From NCBI GenBank assembly GCA_045863855.1, contig BTVV01000046.1, forward strand, positions 1 through 43,155: a stretch of 43,155 bases of DNA, written 5' to 3'. Under the pieces are notes generated by a model. It was not told the origin of the DNA. It was given only the letters and a program-made list of their open reading frames with translations, and did not search any database. Below, in pieces: positions 8,777-16,607 of the stretch. Source of the stretch: Planctomycetota bacterium (lineage in GTDB: Bacteria > Planctomycetota > SZUA-567 > H5-PLA8). The first letter of the stretch is position 1; every line of letters begins with the position of its first letter. Made by a program: the position numbers and the translations under genes.

Positions 8777-9235
8777 CTAGTAGCCGGCCGCCTCGGCGGC
8801 GTAGTCGCGCTGGAATGCCCGAACGGAGCGCCAGTCCGGGAACGCGATGCCCGGTCCCGGCCAATCGCTCTCGTTCGCGTAGCCGTTCTTGAGATCCGCG
8901 ACCGGGCAGCAGGATTCGCTATGGGAATCGAGCCGCCCGTCGCAATCGCGCGCGGACTCTTCGAATTCCGCGTAGATGACCGCTTCGTCCTTCGGGTACT
9001 CGTACTTCGAGTATCGATGGCAGTAGCCCTCTTCGGTCGCTCCGCCTTCGGCCAGTTCGATCGTGTCGCCGGGGCGCATGGTCAGCTTGACCGGGCTGCA
9101 TTTGTGCGTGATCCAGAAGCGGGCCGTCCGGGTCGGCGTCTCTTTCAGGCGCTCCGGTTCGCCGGACTCTTCGCAGCCGGCGCAGAAGCCGTCGCCGCAA
9201 GGACAGGGATCCTGCGTGTATCGTCGATCAGGCAT
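8777..9235 (-). CDS. Hypothetical phage-type protein (DCDGR motif, Cys-rich N-terminus)
   Basis: ORF overlapping the upstream gene. Confidence 0.7.
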   Translation of the reverse strand: MPDRRYTQDPCPCGDGFCAGCEESGEPERLKETPTRTARFWITHKCSPVKLTMRPGDTIELAEGGATEEGYCHRYSKYEYPKDEAVIYAEFEESARDCDGRLDSHSESCCPVADLKNGYANESDWPGPGIAFPDWRSVRAFQRDYAAEAAGY

Positions 9236-9620
9236 GACGCATCCCCTTTCGGGCTTCGTATTGGGCCTTGCCGCAGGCCGACGTATCCACGCAGGTCATT
9301 TCGGCGACATCCTGGGCGCAGTAGCCCCGCGCCAGCATGACCTCGCGGCACTGCGCTTCGCGCGACGCGATCACGGTCGCGACGAATCGCTGAAGGAAAT
9401 AGATGTTCCAGTATCGGTCGCGCGGAGCCGCGCTGTCTTTAGGCGCGGGCCTGGCTTCGACGGTCCAGTTGGATCCGCTCGCATCGCCGCGCCCTTTGCC
9501 AATCCGCAGTTCCTTGGCCCGATAGCGCGCCTCCATCTCGCACATGAACTCGTGCGATGTGAAAGGCTGGGCCTCGCCGGTTGCGCGGTTCACGTGGTAC
9601 AGCATCCAGAGTTCGTCCAT
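9228..9620 (-). CDS. Hypothetical protein
   Basis: ATG 9620 after GGGAGG. Confidence 0.6.
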   Translation of the reverse strand: MDELWMLYHVNRATGEAQPFTSHEFMCEMEARYRAKELRIGKGRGDASGSNWTVEARPAPKDSAAPRDRYWNIYFLQRFVATVIASREAQCREVMLARGYCAQDVAEMTCVDTSACGKAQYEARKGMRHA

Positions 9621-9733
9621 GCGTCCTCCCTTGCGAATCTGGTTCGGGTGAGGTAGGTTGCGGATGAGGCTTGCGCCGGTTCCGCTGTGCTGCCCCCGTG
9701 GTGACAACACGGGGGCTTCGTTTTTAGTGACAC

Positions 9734-9819
9734 TAGGGGCAGAGGGATTCGAACCCTCACGAGGCTTGCGCCTCGCGGTCGTGACAAGACCGCGCGTCTG
9801 CCAGTTCCGCCATACCCCC
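9734..9819 (-). tRNA. Non-canonical class II tRNA: tRNA-Leu-like body with GTC (Asp) anticodon; CCA not encoded
   Basis: Full cloverleaf: GGGGGTA-TG-GCGGAACTGGCAGACGC-G-CGGTC[TTGTCAC]GACCG-CGAGGC(GCAA)GCCTCG-T-GAGGG[TTCGAAT]CCCTC-TGCCCCT-A. Confidence 0.9.
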
Positions 9820-9831
9820 AGGCACTACCCT

Positions 9832-10062
9832 TCAAAACAGCCTGCGATGCTCGACGCAAACATCCTCAACCCCTGCCTCTTTGAGCAGCCGCCGCGCGTA
9901 CGAAACATTGACTGGGCTGTGCATCGTGAGGTATTGGCCATCCAGAGAAAGCTCGTAGGCCCACTGCTTGAAGTGGCGGCTCATTACGGCGTCCACCTCC
10001 GTCCACTTCCAGCGGTAGGCCGGAATGGCCGGCCTCGGCTTCGGGCTGAGTTCCATGCTCAA
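9832..10062 (-). CDS. Hypothetical protein
   Basis: ORF ending 12 nt before the tRNA. Confidence 0.6.
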   Translation of the reverse strand: MSMELSPKPRPAIPAYRWKWTEVDAVMSRHFKQWAYELSLDGQYLTMHSPVNVSYARRLLKEAGVEDVCVEHRRLF

Positions 10063-10271
10063 GATCCTTTCTTAGCGTGCCGGGCGGCGCAGCGGTCCGC
10101 TTCCACGTCGTCGTCGAGGCGGCGCCAGCCCAGCCGTTCGTAGCGCTCGGGATCGGCCTCGTAGCGCTTGATGCCCTCGCGGGCGAAGTTGAAGTCGAGA
10201 CGGCTCTGGACACAGTAGCGGAACCAGTCGTCCAGCCGGTCCGGAGGCATGGTGGTTCTCTCGGAGTTCAT
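10059..10271 (-). CDS. Hypothetical protein
   Basis: MNSERTTMPP...; ATGA overlap. Confidence 0.55.
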   Translation of the reverse strand: MNSERTTMPPDRLDDWFRYCVQSRLDFNFAREGIKRYEADPERYERLGWRRLDDDVEADRCAARHAKKGS

Positions 10272-10549
10272 CGGCGTGTTCTCCAATCTCGCTGAAGCTG
10301 CCGGTATTCGACCTTGGTGAGCTTCCCGTCGTGCGGGTACATGGAGCGGATCACGCGGGACTCTTCGAAGCGGATCGCCAGATCGTCTCGCGTCGGGTCC
10401 ATGTGCCGACGCATGTCCTCCAGCCATTCCACCTTTTCGCGGATCCGGTTCAGCGCGTTGCGTTCGGCGGCTTCGCGGGTGAATCCGCAACCCGTAAAGC
10501 CTTCCACCGCTCCGTCGTGGTGGCGGTAGGCCAGCCTGTACTCGTACAT
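10268..10549 (-). CDS. Hypothetical protein
   Basis: AAGGAGG RBS. Confidence 0.7.
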   Translation of the reverse strand: MYEYRLAYRHHDGAVEGFTGCGFTREAAERNALNRIREKVEWLEDMRRHMDPTRDDLAIRFEESRVIRSMYPHDGKLTKVEYRQLQRDWRTRR

Positions 10550-10679
10550 GCGAGTCCTCCTTGTTCAGATGCCCACGGCGATCCAGGGCATCGGTTCGAT
10601 CGGCAGGCCGGACCATGCGATCAGCACGGAGCCGTCCGAGACGATCTGGATTCCGTACGAGAGCGTGTAGAAGCGCATT

Positions 10680-10865
10680 TCAGCGCCTCCAGGCCAGCGA
10701 GTTGTTGTTCGGGTCGTCTTTCGGATCGAACGCAGCGACGCTGGGGTCGCGCTTGCAGATCCGCGCGGCATGAACGAGCGCGCAGGTTTCGACCCAGTTC
10801 CAGCGGCCGTCGTCGCCACGGGTCCAGATGGCCACGTAGGCGGTTCGGTGAAGCACAACGGACAT
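10680..10865 (-). CDS. Hypothetical protein
   Basis: MSVVLHRTAY...; TAAGGAG RBS. Confidence 0.6.
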   Translation of the reverse strand: MSVVLHRTAYVAIWTRGDDGRWNWVETCALVHAARICKRDPSVAAFDPKDDPNNNSLAWRR

Positions 10866-10876
10866 GGCGGTTCTCC

Positions 10877-11269
10877 TTAGCTCATGTAAGAGCGACGGCA
10901 CCCTTGGTCGCAGAACTGGGCGTGGTGCGGCTGGTAGGGCATGCTTCGTCCGCACCAGCGGCATTCGCTGCCGGCGGCTTCGCGGATGGCTTGCAGGCGT
11001 CGTTCGTGGCGCCGCTTGAGCTTCACTTCGCGGTCGCGCGGAAGCCCGCCGCGGATGTTGATGATCTCGTTCGCGTAGTGCGCGAAGTCGCGCAGGATCT
11101 CTTCGCGCGATTGGGGCCACCAAGCCGCCAGCCCCTTCTTGAACATGCTGCCGGGCGGCGCTGATTTGACGCGCTTGTACGCCTCGACGTATTGGCCGGC
11201 CGTGACCATGCGATCCATGCACTTAAAATGCTTGGGCACCCATGGGGCCGGGGACGCGGTCGCGGGCAC
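10877..11269 (-). CDS. Hypothetical protein with C-terminal Zn finger
   Basis: CRWC...FCDQGC; AGGAGG RBS. Confidence 0.7.
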   Translation of the reverse strand: MPATASPAPWVPKHFKCMDRMVTAGQYVEAYKRVKSAPPGSMFKKGLAAWWPQSREEILRDFAHYANEIINIRGGLPRDREVKLKRRHERRLQAIREAAGSECRWCGRSMPYQPHHAQFCDQGCRRSYMS

Positions 11270-11493
11270 TAAAACACCTCCTGTCCCATGAGGTAATCCA
11301 CGAAGCAGTCGAAGCGCGCGTACGCGCGTTTCAGCGCTTCAGGATCGGGGTCGCCGGAGAGCATCTGGCTTTCGGGCGTCGCGGCGCGCTTGCAGACGGT
11401 TCCGCGCGCTTCGTCGAGCGCGCGGATGACCTCGCGCTTTAAGCGCGCGCGTTCGAGACGTGTCTCGGCTTCGGTCATGGCAGTCCGTGGCAT
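11269..11493 (-). CDS. Hypothetical protein
   Basis: MPRTAMTEAE...; TAAGGAG RBS. Confidence 0.6.
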   Translation of the reverse strand: MPRTAMTEAETRLERARLKREVIRALDEARGTVCKRAATPESQMLSGDPDPEALKRAYARFDCFVDYLMGQEVF

Positions 11494-11504
11494 CGTGGTT
11501 CTCC

Positions 11505-11732
11505 TTAGCAGTCGTCGGGGCCGGGCGTCGCCGGGAGTTCGAAGTAGCCGGCTTCGGCGCGGAGCGTGCGGATGGTTCCGTCGTCCGCCTGGATCCGTTC
11601 GGCGTAAATCCATTCGGGCGCGTAGATGATCTCGGGATCGCGCGCGGCCTTCAGAAACCAGCCGGCCGCGAAGCAGAGGGCCGCAACTCCGAGCAGCACG
11701 AGCGCGCGGGTTCGGTCGTATTTGTCGGGCAT
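11505..11732 (-). CDS. Small membrane-anchored protein
   Basis: N-terminal hydrophobic helix; GGAG RBS after a terminator. Confidence 0.6.
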   Translation of the reverse strand: MPDKYDRTRALVLLGVAALCFAAGWFLKAARDPEIIYAPEWIYAERIQADDGTIRTLRAEAGYFELPATPGPDDC

Positions 11733-11745
11733 GGCGATTCTCCAG

Positions 11746-11776
11746 AAACAAAAAAGCCCCACGGGATCGCGGGGCT
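11746..11776 (-). terminator. Intrinsic terminator-like hairpin
   Basis: Minus strand AGCCCCGCG-ATCC-CGTGGGGCT followed by a T-rich tract. Confidence 0.7.
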
Positions 11777-11869
11777 GACGTTGCGAATGAAAAGGCCGGG
11801 CGCGTCACATGTCGGCGTCGTGGACTCGATACAAGCTCCGTCTTGCCCGTGGCACGCGCCCGGCCCAGT

Positions 11870-12235
11870 TCATTTTCCTTGCGGCTTACGAACGTATTCC
11901 CCCAGCCGCACGTCGTAGCGGTACACGCGATCCAGCGGGGCGTAGGGCATCTTGTCGCACGTGCCGCACATTCGAGGCTTGTGTCCGCGCGGGATGTCCA
12001 TGTGATTCGGGCAGATGCAGCCGCGGTCGCAACAGCCGCACGTGAGGTGCTTGGTCGGCGCGCGTTCGATCGAGAACGCCGGCGCCGCTCCCCCGCCCCC
12101 GCTGAAGACTTCGCCCCGTTCGAGCGTGCGGGTAATCAGAGCGGCGTCATCGCGGAGCCCGTCGTCCTGGGCCAGCAGGGACGCAAGGGTGCCGCGCCAT
12201 TCGTGCGACGTGCCCTTATTGACGATGATGCGCAT
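11870..12235 (-). CDS. Cys-rich hypothetical protein
   Basis: CGCCDRGCICPNH...CGTC; AGGAGG RBS. Confidence 0.6.
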   Translation of the reverse strand: MRIIVNKGTSHEWRGTLASLLAQDDGLRDDAALITRTLERGEVFSGGGGAAPAFSIERAPTKHLTCGCCDRGCICPNHMDIPRGHKPRMCGTCDKMPYAPLDRVYRYDVRLGEYVRKPQGK

Positions 12236-12246
12236 GCAACGTCCTC

Positions 12247-12483
12247 CTATTTCGAGATCAGGACTGCCGGGTAGCGCTCGATCGTGTTCGCCCAATCCGC
12301 GCGGGGCTCGACGGCGATCACCTTCATCCGGCCGTCGAACGTGACGCCGGACGATACAACCGACTCGGCCGTGAGTTCGCGGATCTCGATGTCGCGCTGC
12401 CGCCAAAGGCTCTTGTGGAGTCCAATGACCGGGAGCGCCTCGATCTCGGACTCCGAGAGTCCGGAATGGTTGTGCGTAACCAT
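12247..12483 (-). CDS. Hypothetical protein
   Basis: AGGAG RBS. Confidence 0.65.
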   Translation of the reverse strand: MVTHNHSGLSESEIEALPVIGLHKSLWRQRDIEIRELTAESVVSSGVTFDGRMKVIAVEPRADWANTIERYPAVLISK

Positions 12484-12573
12484 GGCAATCGTTCTCCTGG
12501 GTTCAGGAACCTTCGTTCGAGGGCGACGTAGCGGCGTGCCGATTCAACGTCGCCCCCGTACGGAAGCGCCTGG

Positions 12574-12759
12574 TTAGTCGGCGGCGGCCGGGGTGAGCGT
12601 CCGCGCCGGCCGATAGTTCAGGTAGCCGAGCAGGTTCTCGCGCTGGCTGTTCAGGCGTTCGAGCTTGGCCATGAGCTTCGCGCGTTCGCGTTCGCACTTC
12701 GCCAGGTTCTGCGCCGCCATCGCGCGGTTGCGGATTTCTTCGATCGTGTCTTCGGGCAT
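12574..12759 (-). CDS. Small coiled-coil protein
   Basis: GGAGGT RBS. Confidence 0.65.
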   Translation of the reverse strand: MPEDTIEEIRNRAMAAQNLAKCERERAKLMAKLERLNSQRENLLGYLNYRPARTLTPAAAD

Positions 12760-12771
12760 GGTGCTACCTCC

Positions 12772-12801
12772 AAGAAAAGCCCCCGCCCGATTGGCAGGGG
12801 C
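12772..12801 (-). terminator. Intrinsic terminator-like hairpin
   Basis: Minus strand GCCCCTGCC-AATCG-GGCGGGGGC followed by TTTTCTT. Confidence 0.7.
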
Positions 12802-12831
12802 GAACGCTCGGGCTCTTAGGAGCGCGGGCGT

Positions 12832-13020
12832 TCAGGCGACCTGCTGCTTGGTTCGAGGCATGTAGAGCGGAGCGCCGTATTGCTTCGCGGTCAGCTCGGC
12901 GAGCGGGCGGATGGCCTCGGGCTTGCCCTGGACCGACTCTTCGGGAATTTCCTTCCCGTTGGCGTCCTCGACTTTCAGAGTCCACCATTCCGGCGAGTTC
13001 TGCGAAACGATCACGCGCAT
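12832..13020 (-). CDS. Hypothetical protein, first gene after the structured leader
   Basis: GAGGA RBS; ORF. Confidence 0.65.
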   Translation of the reverse strand: MRVIVSQNSPEWWTLKVEDANGKEIPEESVQGKPEAIRPLAELTAKQYGAPLYMPRTKQQVA

Positions 13021-13038
13021 GACGTTTCCTCTTTTCCA

Positions 13039-13567
13039 GGAAAGTCGGGACAGAGTTTCTCTGCGGATTTCGGTGAGAATTTAGGACGGCTGTTCAATGG
13101 AGATGCCTGGGGCCGGAGCGGTGCCTTGCGACACGACTCCGGCGCCCAGGCGATCCGTGTACGTCGTTCTAGCAGTTAGCTTTGACCCTCGGGCTACCGA
13201 CCTGGCTGGCCCCCAGCTTTAAGAGCGCTAGGTTCTCGAACTGGCTTGACGTTGGGAAGGGTTCAGGCGCTATGGCCTCGCAGACGGGATCCAGGGCATA
13301 CCTTTTTCGCCTGTTCTTTAGGATTTCGCTGGGCATGGTGTCCCAGCTACTACCAGGCACCCGACGCTGCGGCGTGACTCCCCGGCACGTTCAGCCGGAT
13401 AGGACATTCGAGTTACAAGCGGGCACGTGGTATCAGCACGATGCCGGCTTCCCGGTTCGGGCGGGCCGGCCACGGTGGACAGAGTTGCTCTGCACACCTG
13501 GCCAGTCCGGTTCAGGGACTCGCGGTTCCTGCAACGTCACGGTCGCCCAGTTCACACCCGACTTTCC
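13039..13567 (-). ncRNA. Candidate large structured non-coding RNA or leader (~530 nt)
   Basis: 11-bp closing stem 13039-13049/13557-13567; nested helices 13238-13244/13547-13553 and 13247-13254/13532-13539; many local hairpins; no convincing ORF. Confidence 0.55.
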
Positions 13568-14135
13568 GTAGGGACAGAGCATCTAAGGCGTTGCTCGACG
13601 CTAGGCGCGTCCAGCCTTCGATGCCTTGCCAGTCCGGAAAATCGGAACAAGCAACGGCTACGCTGCATATTGGATAGACTCGCCGATTGCATCCTGGACG
13701 GTTTAGCCGCTCCATACCGGAGCGACCGTCTAGGACCGCGCTCGACTGCAAACGCGCCTCTAGGACGCGCGCTATCGCTTGCGACCGGACTTCGCGAAGG
13801 AATCGGCTATGAGCGGAAAGCAGTAGAGCAATCGGAATGGAGCGTAGGGTTTGCCCGGATTCGATGGAGCGCGCTATCGGATGCCCGATTCCCAGACGGA
13901 TAAGGCGCGCCACTTGTTGAGGTGGCCACAATCCGGGTTAGGACTCATTCCGAACGGCTAACGCGCGTAATCGAGCGGATTCTACCTATCGCGCCGATTG
14001 TTGCGGCTTTCCCTACCGATTCCCTCGTACCTATCCGGCCTATTCACTGCATCCGGAACGGATCACAATTCCATTCCAATAGAGCAGGCGCGCCAGACTT
14101 CTAGGCGCGCCTACCCTACGGAAACGGATTAGCGT

Positions 14136-14786
14136 TTACGAAGCCGCCGCCGCCGTATACTCCGGCTTTTCCGAACCGACCGAAGCCGCAACGGTGGAAA
14201 CGCTGGCCGATTCCTTCGCGGCCGATTCCACGCGCTCCAATACGCCCTTGGTCAAGGATTGGAGCGCTTCCCCGTTGCATCCTTGCGCGATATGGAGCGC
14301 CAGCCGGACCGTTTCGTCCGTCGTCAAGTGCCGTAGGGAATCGACGGCGCGCTCGTACTTGGTCTTTTCCTTCGGAGTTGAGCGCTTGCGACCCATAGCG
14401 CTATCGAGAATCGAAAGCGCTTCCTTGTCCGAACCGGCATCCGCCCAGTCTTGAAAGCATCCGTGTTTGTTGGCGTCTTTCATTTGAGCGGCGAGACTGC
14501 ACGCGCGCTCGACTCGCGACCGATCGACGATGCAAGGCAGACAAGCCACTTCGAAACGGTCCAGCGCTTCCTTGCGCGTTTCGGTCGGATGCTTGGCTTT
14601 GATCCAAGCCACGACACGTTTGCCCAGCGTTGCCAGCCGAACGCGCGTTTCCCTGGACAACGCGCTAAAATCCTTCGCGATTGCCAAGGGCGATTCGACT
14701 TCCTTCACTTCCTGGACAGGCTGAACCGGAGCGCGCTCCGCTTGCGCATCCGCTTCCACGTCCAACGGCACAAATCCGCTATCCAT
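14136..14786 (-). CDS. Hypothetical protein
   Basis: ATG 14786 (MDSGF...) after AGGAG; long ORF in a compositionally distinct segment. Confidence 0.6.
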   Translation of the reverse strand: MDSGFVPLDVEADAQAERAPVQPVQEVKEVESPLAIAKDFSALSRETRVRLATLGKRVVAWIKAKHPTETRKEALDRFEVACLPCIVDRSRVERACSLAAQMKDANKHGCFQDWADAGSDKEALSILDSAMGRKRSTPKEKTKYERAVDSLRHLTTDETVRLALHIAQGCNGEALQSLTKGVLERVESAAKESASVSTVAASVGSEKPEYTAAAAS

Positions 14787-14999
14787 GACTCCTACTCCTA
14801 TCCGCTCCATACCGGAGCGCTCCTAAGCGCTTCCGACCAAACCCGAACGGGCTTGCAATCGGGAAGTGCTCGACTACAAACCGACCGAACGCGCAAGCCA
14901 AACGAGACCGACAAGCCCGACCATTCCAGGAAGGCAAACGAGGAAGGCAACGGCTAGGGATTTTGGCGACATAGGAAGCGCTCCGAACGGTTTTCGATA

Positions 15000-15950
15000 C
15001 GGGAAGTAAACAACCTAATTCCGATTTTGCAATCGTCGCAATTGTAATTTTGCAAGTATCTCATAAAGTGAATGCAGAAAAGTATTTAGGATATACACAA
15101 AATCAATTATGATTCAGTGTGAGTTTATAAGTATATGGTATTAAAAGAGTTAACGAATTGAATCTAAATTGAAGCATTAGAGAATCTTTATTGAATCATT
15201 AAGACCAATTACCATTTTAATCTCATAACTGCATTACATATAATTACTTACGAGATTGAACTACCTATGTTGTACCTAGGTTGAATATCGTGTAAAGGCT
15301 TGTAAGGCAGGGAGTTAGAGGGGGAATCCTAACTTTCCCGGACTAGTTCCGAGACTTAGGTACCTAAGTGAAATTTTTCGATTTTCCCGCAGGTCATATC
15401 AATATGATAAATTTTTCCTAATCATACCCTAAATGATATTTATATCTTTTCCCTCGTTTTCCTAACTTAGGTTAGAGCAACGATAATATAACCTCAATAC
15501 TTGCAAGCGCTTGCGTCGAGCATAGGGGGGATATTTTCCCAAGTTAGGTCTATTTTAGCAAGGTAGCCGGGGAGGTCCTCACCTCACACTATCCCCCATT
15601 TCAAACCGCCAGTCCCATTTCAAATTTGCAAAAATTTAGGGTACATCCGGTCCTTCTGATTGAATCATCCTCGTTTCCAGGGAGGGGGGATGTGTTTGGC
15701 AGCAAGGGGTTACGAATACTCAGAGCCCCTCCCCTACTACCAAAGGCGTGTACTCTATATATTGTATAAGAGTATTGAATATATATAGATATAGGGGGTT
15801 AAAAAGGAAAACACTTCCCTTATATAGACTATTCTGAAGCGCATACTGCCTGTTTAGCCCTCGCGCTCAATTATTAAACCTTGTCTATCAAACGAGTTAA
15901 GACGCCACGATTCGCCTCATATTAAAGCGCAAACAGCGGGACTTACGTGG
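15000..15950. other. AT-rich non-coding block with repeated protein-binding-type motifs (candidate packaging terminus, origin or oriT)
   Basis: TAA-N19-TT(A/G) at 15064, 15128, 15226, 15293, 15489 and 15875; repeated CCTAA/TTAGG; 16-bp palindrome ACTTAGGTACCTAAGT at 15354-15369. Confidence 0.6.
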
Positions 15951-16049
15951 GATTCTGGGCGAAACGCTGGAAAGCCCGGTTTGCTGCGCGAACGCTCGAT
16001 CGGTTGAGAATTGGGGGTCCAGAGAGCTAGTGTTTATGCAGGAGGCCCT

Positions 16050-16238
16050 ATGCGAGCGATCAACTCCGATGACCCCGAAGCCGCGACCGACAGTTCGGTT
16101 GACCGGAAGATCCGCCGGCTCGCGCTCAACTGCTCGTACTGCCGGCCTCACCGCGGCGAGAACGCACGCAGGCAAGCGCGGCGCTCCTGGAAGCACCGAA
16201 GCAAAGCGCGCAAAAGCTGGGCACGGGGTGCGGGGTGA
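16050..16238 (+). CDS. Small basic protein (CSYCRPH motif)
   Basis: GGAGG RBS, ATG 16050. Confidence 0.6.
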   Translation: MRAINSDDPEAATDSSVDRKIRRLALNCSYCRPHRGENARRQARRSWKHRSKARKSWARGAG

Positions 16239-16242
16239 GTCT

Positions 16243-16542
16243 ATGGGCTGGGCGACTAGGCATATCGAGCGGCTGAAAGCTGGCGAGACAGTCTCGTTCC
16301 GGCCACATGGCAACTCGATGAAGGGCAAGATCGAGTCGGGCCAGCTTTGCACCGTCGCCCCCGTTGGCGCCGAGGGCCTTCAGGTCGGAGACGTGGTCTT
16401 GTGCAAGGTGAACGGGAATGAGTTCCTGCACCTGATTAAAGCCATACGCGGCAACCAGTACCAGATCGGAAACAACCGCGGCGGGATCAACGGGTGGACG
16501 TCGGCGAACCAGATCTACGGCCGCTGCATTCGAGTTCAATAA
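16243..16542 (+). CDS. Small S24/S26 peptidase-fold protein
   Basis: FRPHGNSM...VGDVVLCKV...LHLIKA...GNN pattern. Confidence 0.7.
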   Translation: MGWATRHIERLKAGETVSFRPHGNSMKGKIESGQLCTVAPVGAEGLQVGDVVLCKVNGNEFLHLIKAIRGNQYQIGNNRGGINGWTSANQIYGRCIRVQ

Positions 16543-16607
16543 CCGCGATTTCATCGACATGATCGGCCGTACATGTACGCGCCATAAGCACGAGAGACGC
16601 TGCCGCC

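Noticed and set aside
13557..13567. GGAAAGTCGGG resembles the RNase P RNA GGAAAGUCC motif
   Set aside because: The motif is imperfect and I could not find the other conserved RNase P regions, including the 3' P4 strand context.
13572..13580. 9-nt complementarity of the leader region (GCTCTGTCC) to the tRNA-Arg D-arm
   Set aside because: Too short to distinguish from chance, and the other two copies are tied up in local hairpins.
15354..15369. Palindrome as a protelomerase (telomere resolution) site
   Set aside because: Only 16 bp, no protelomerase visible, and the element appears integrated.
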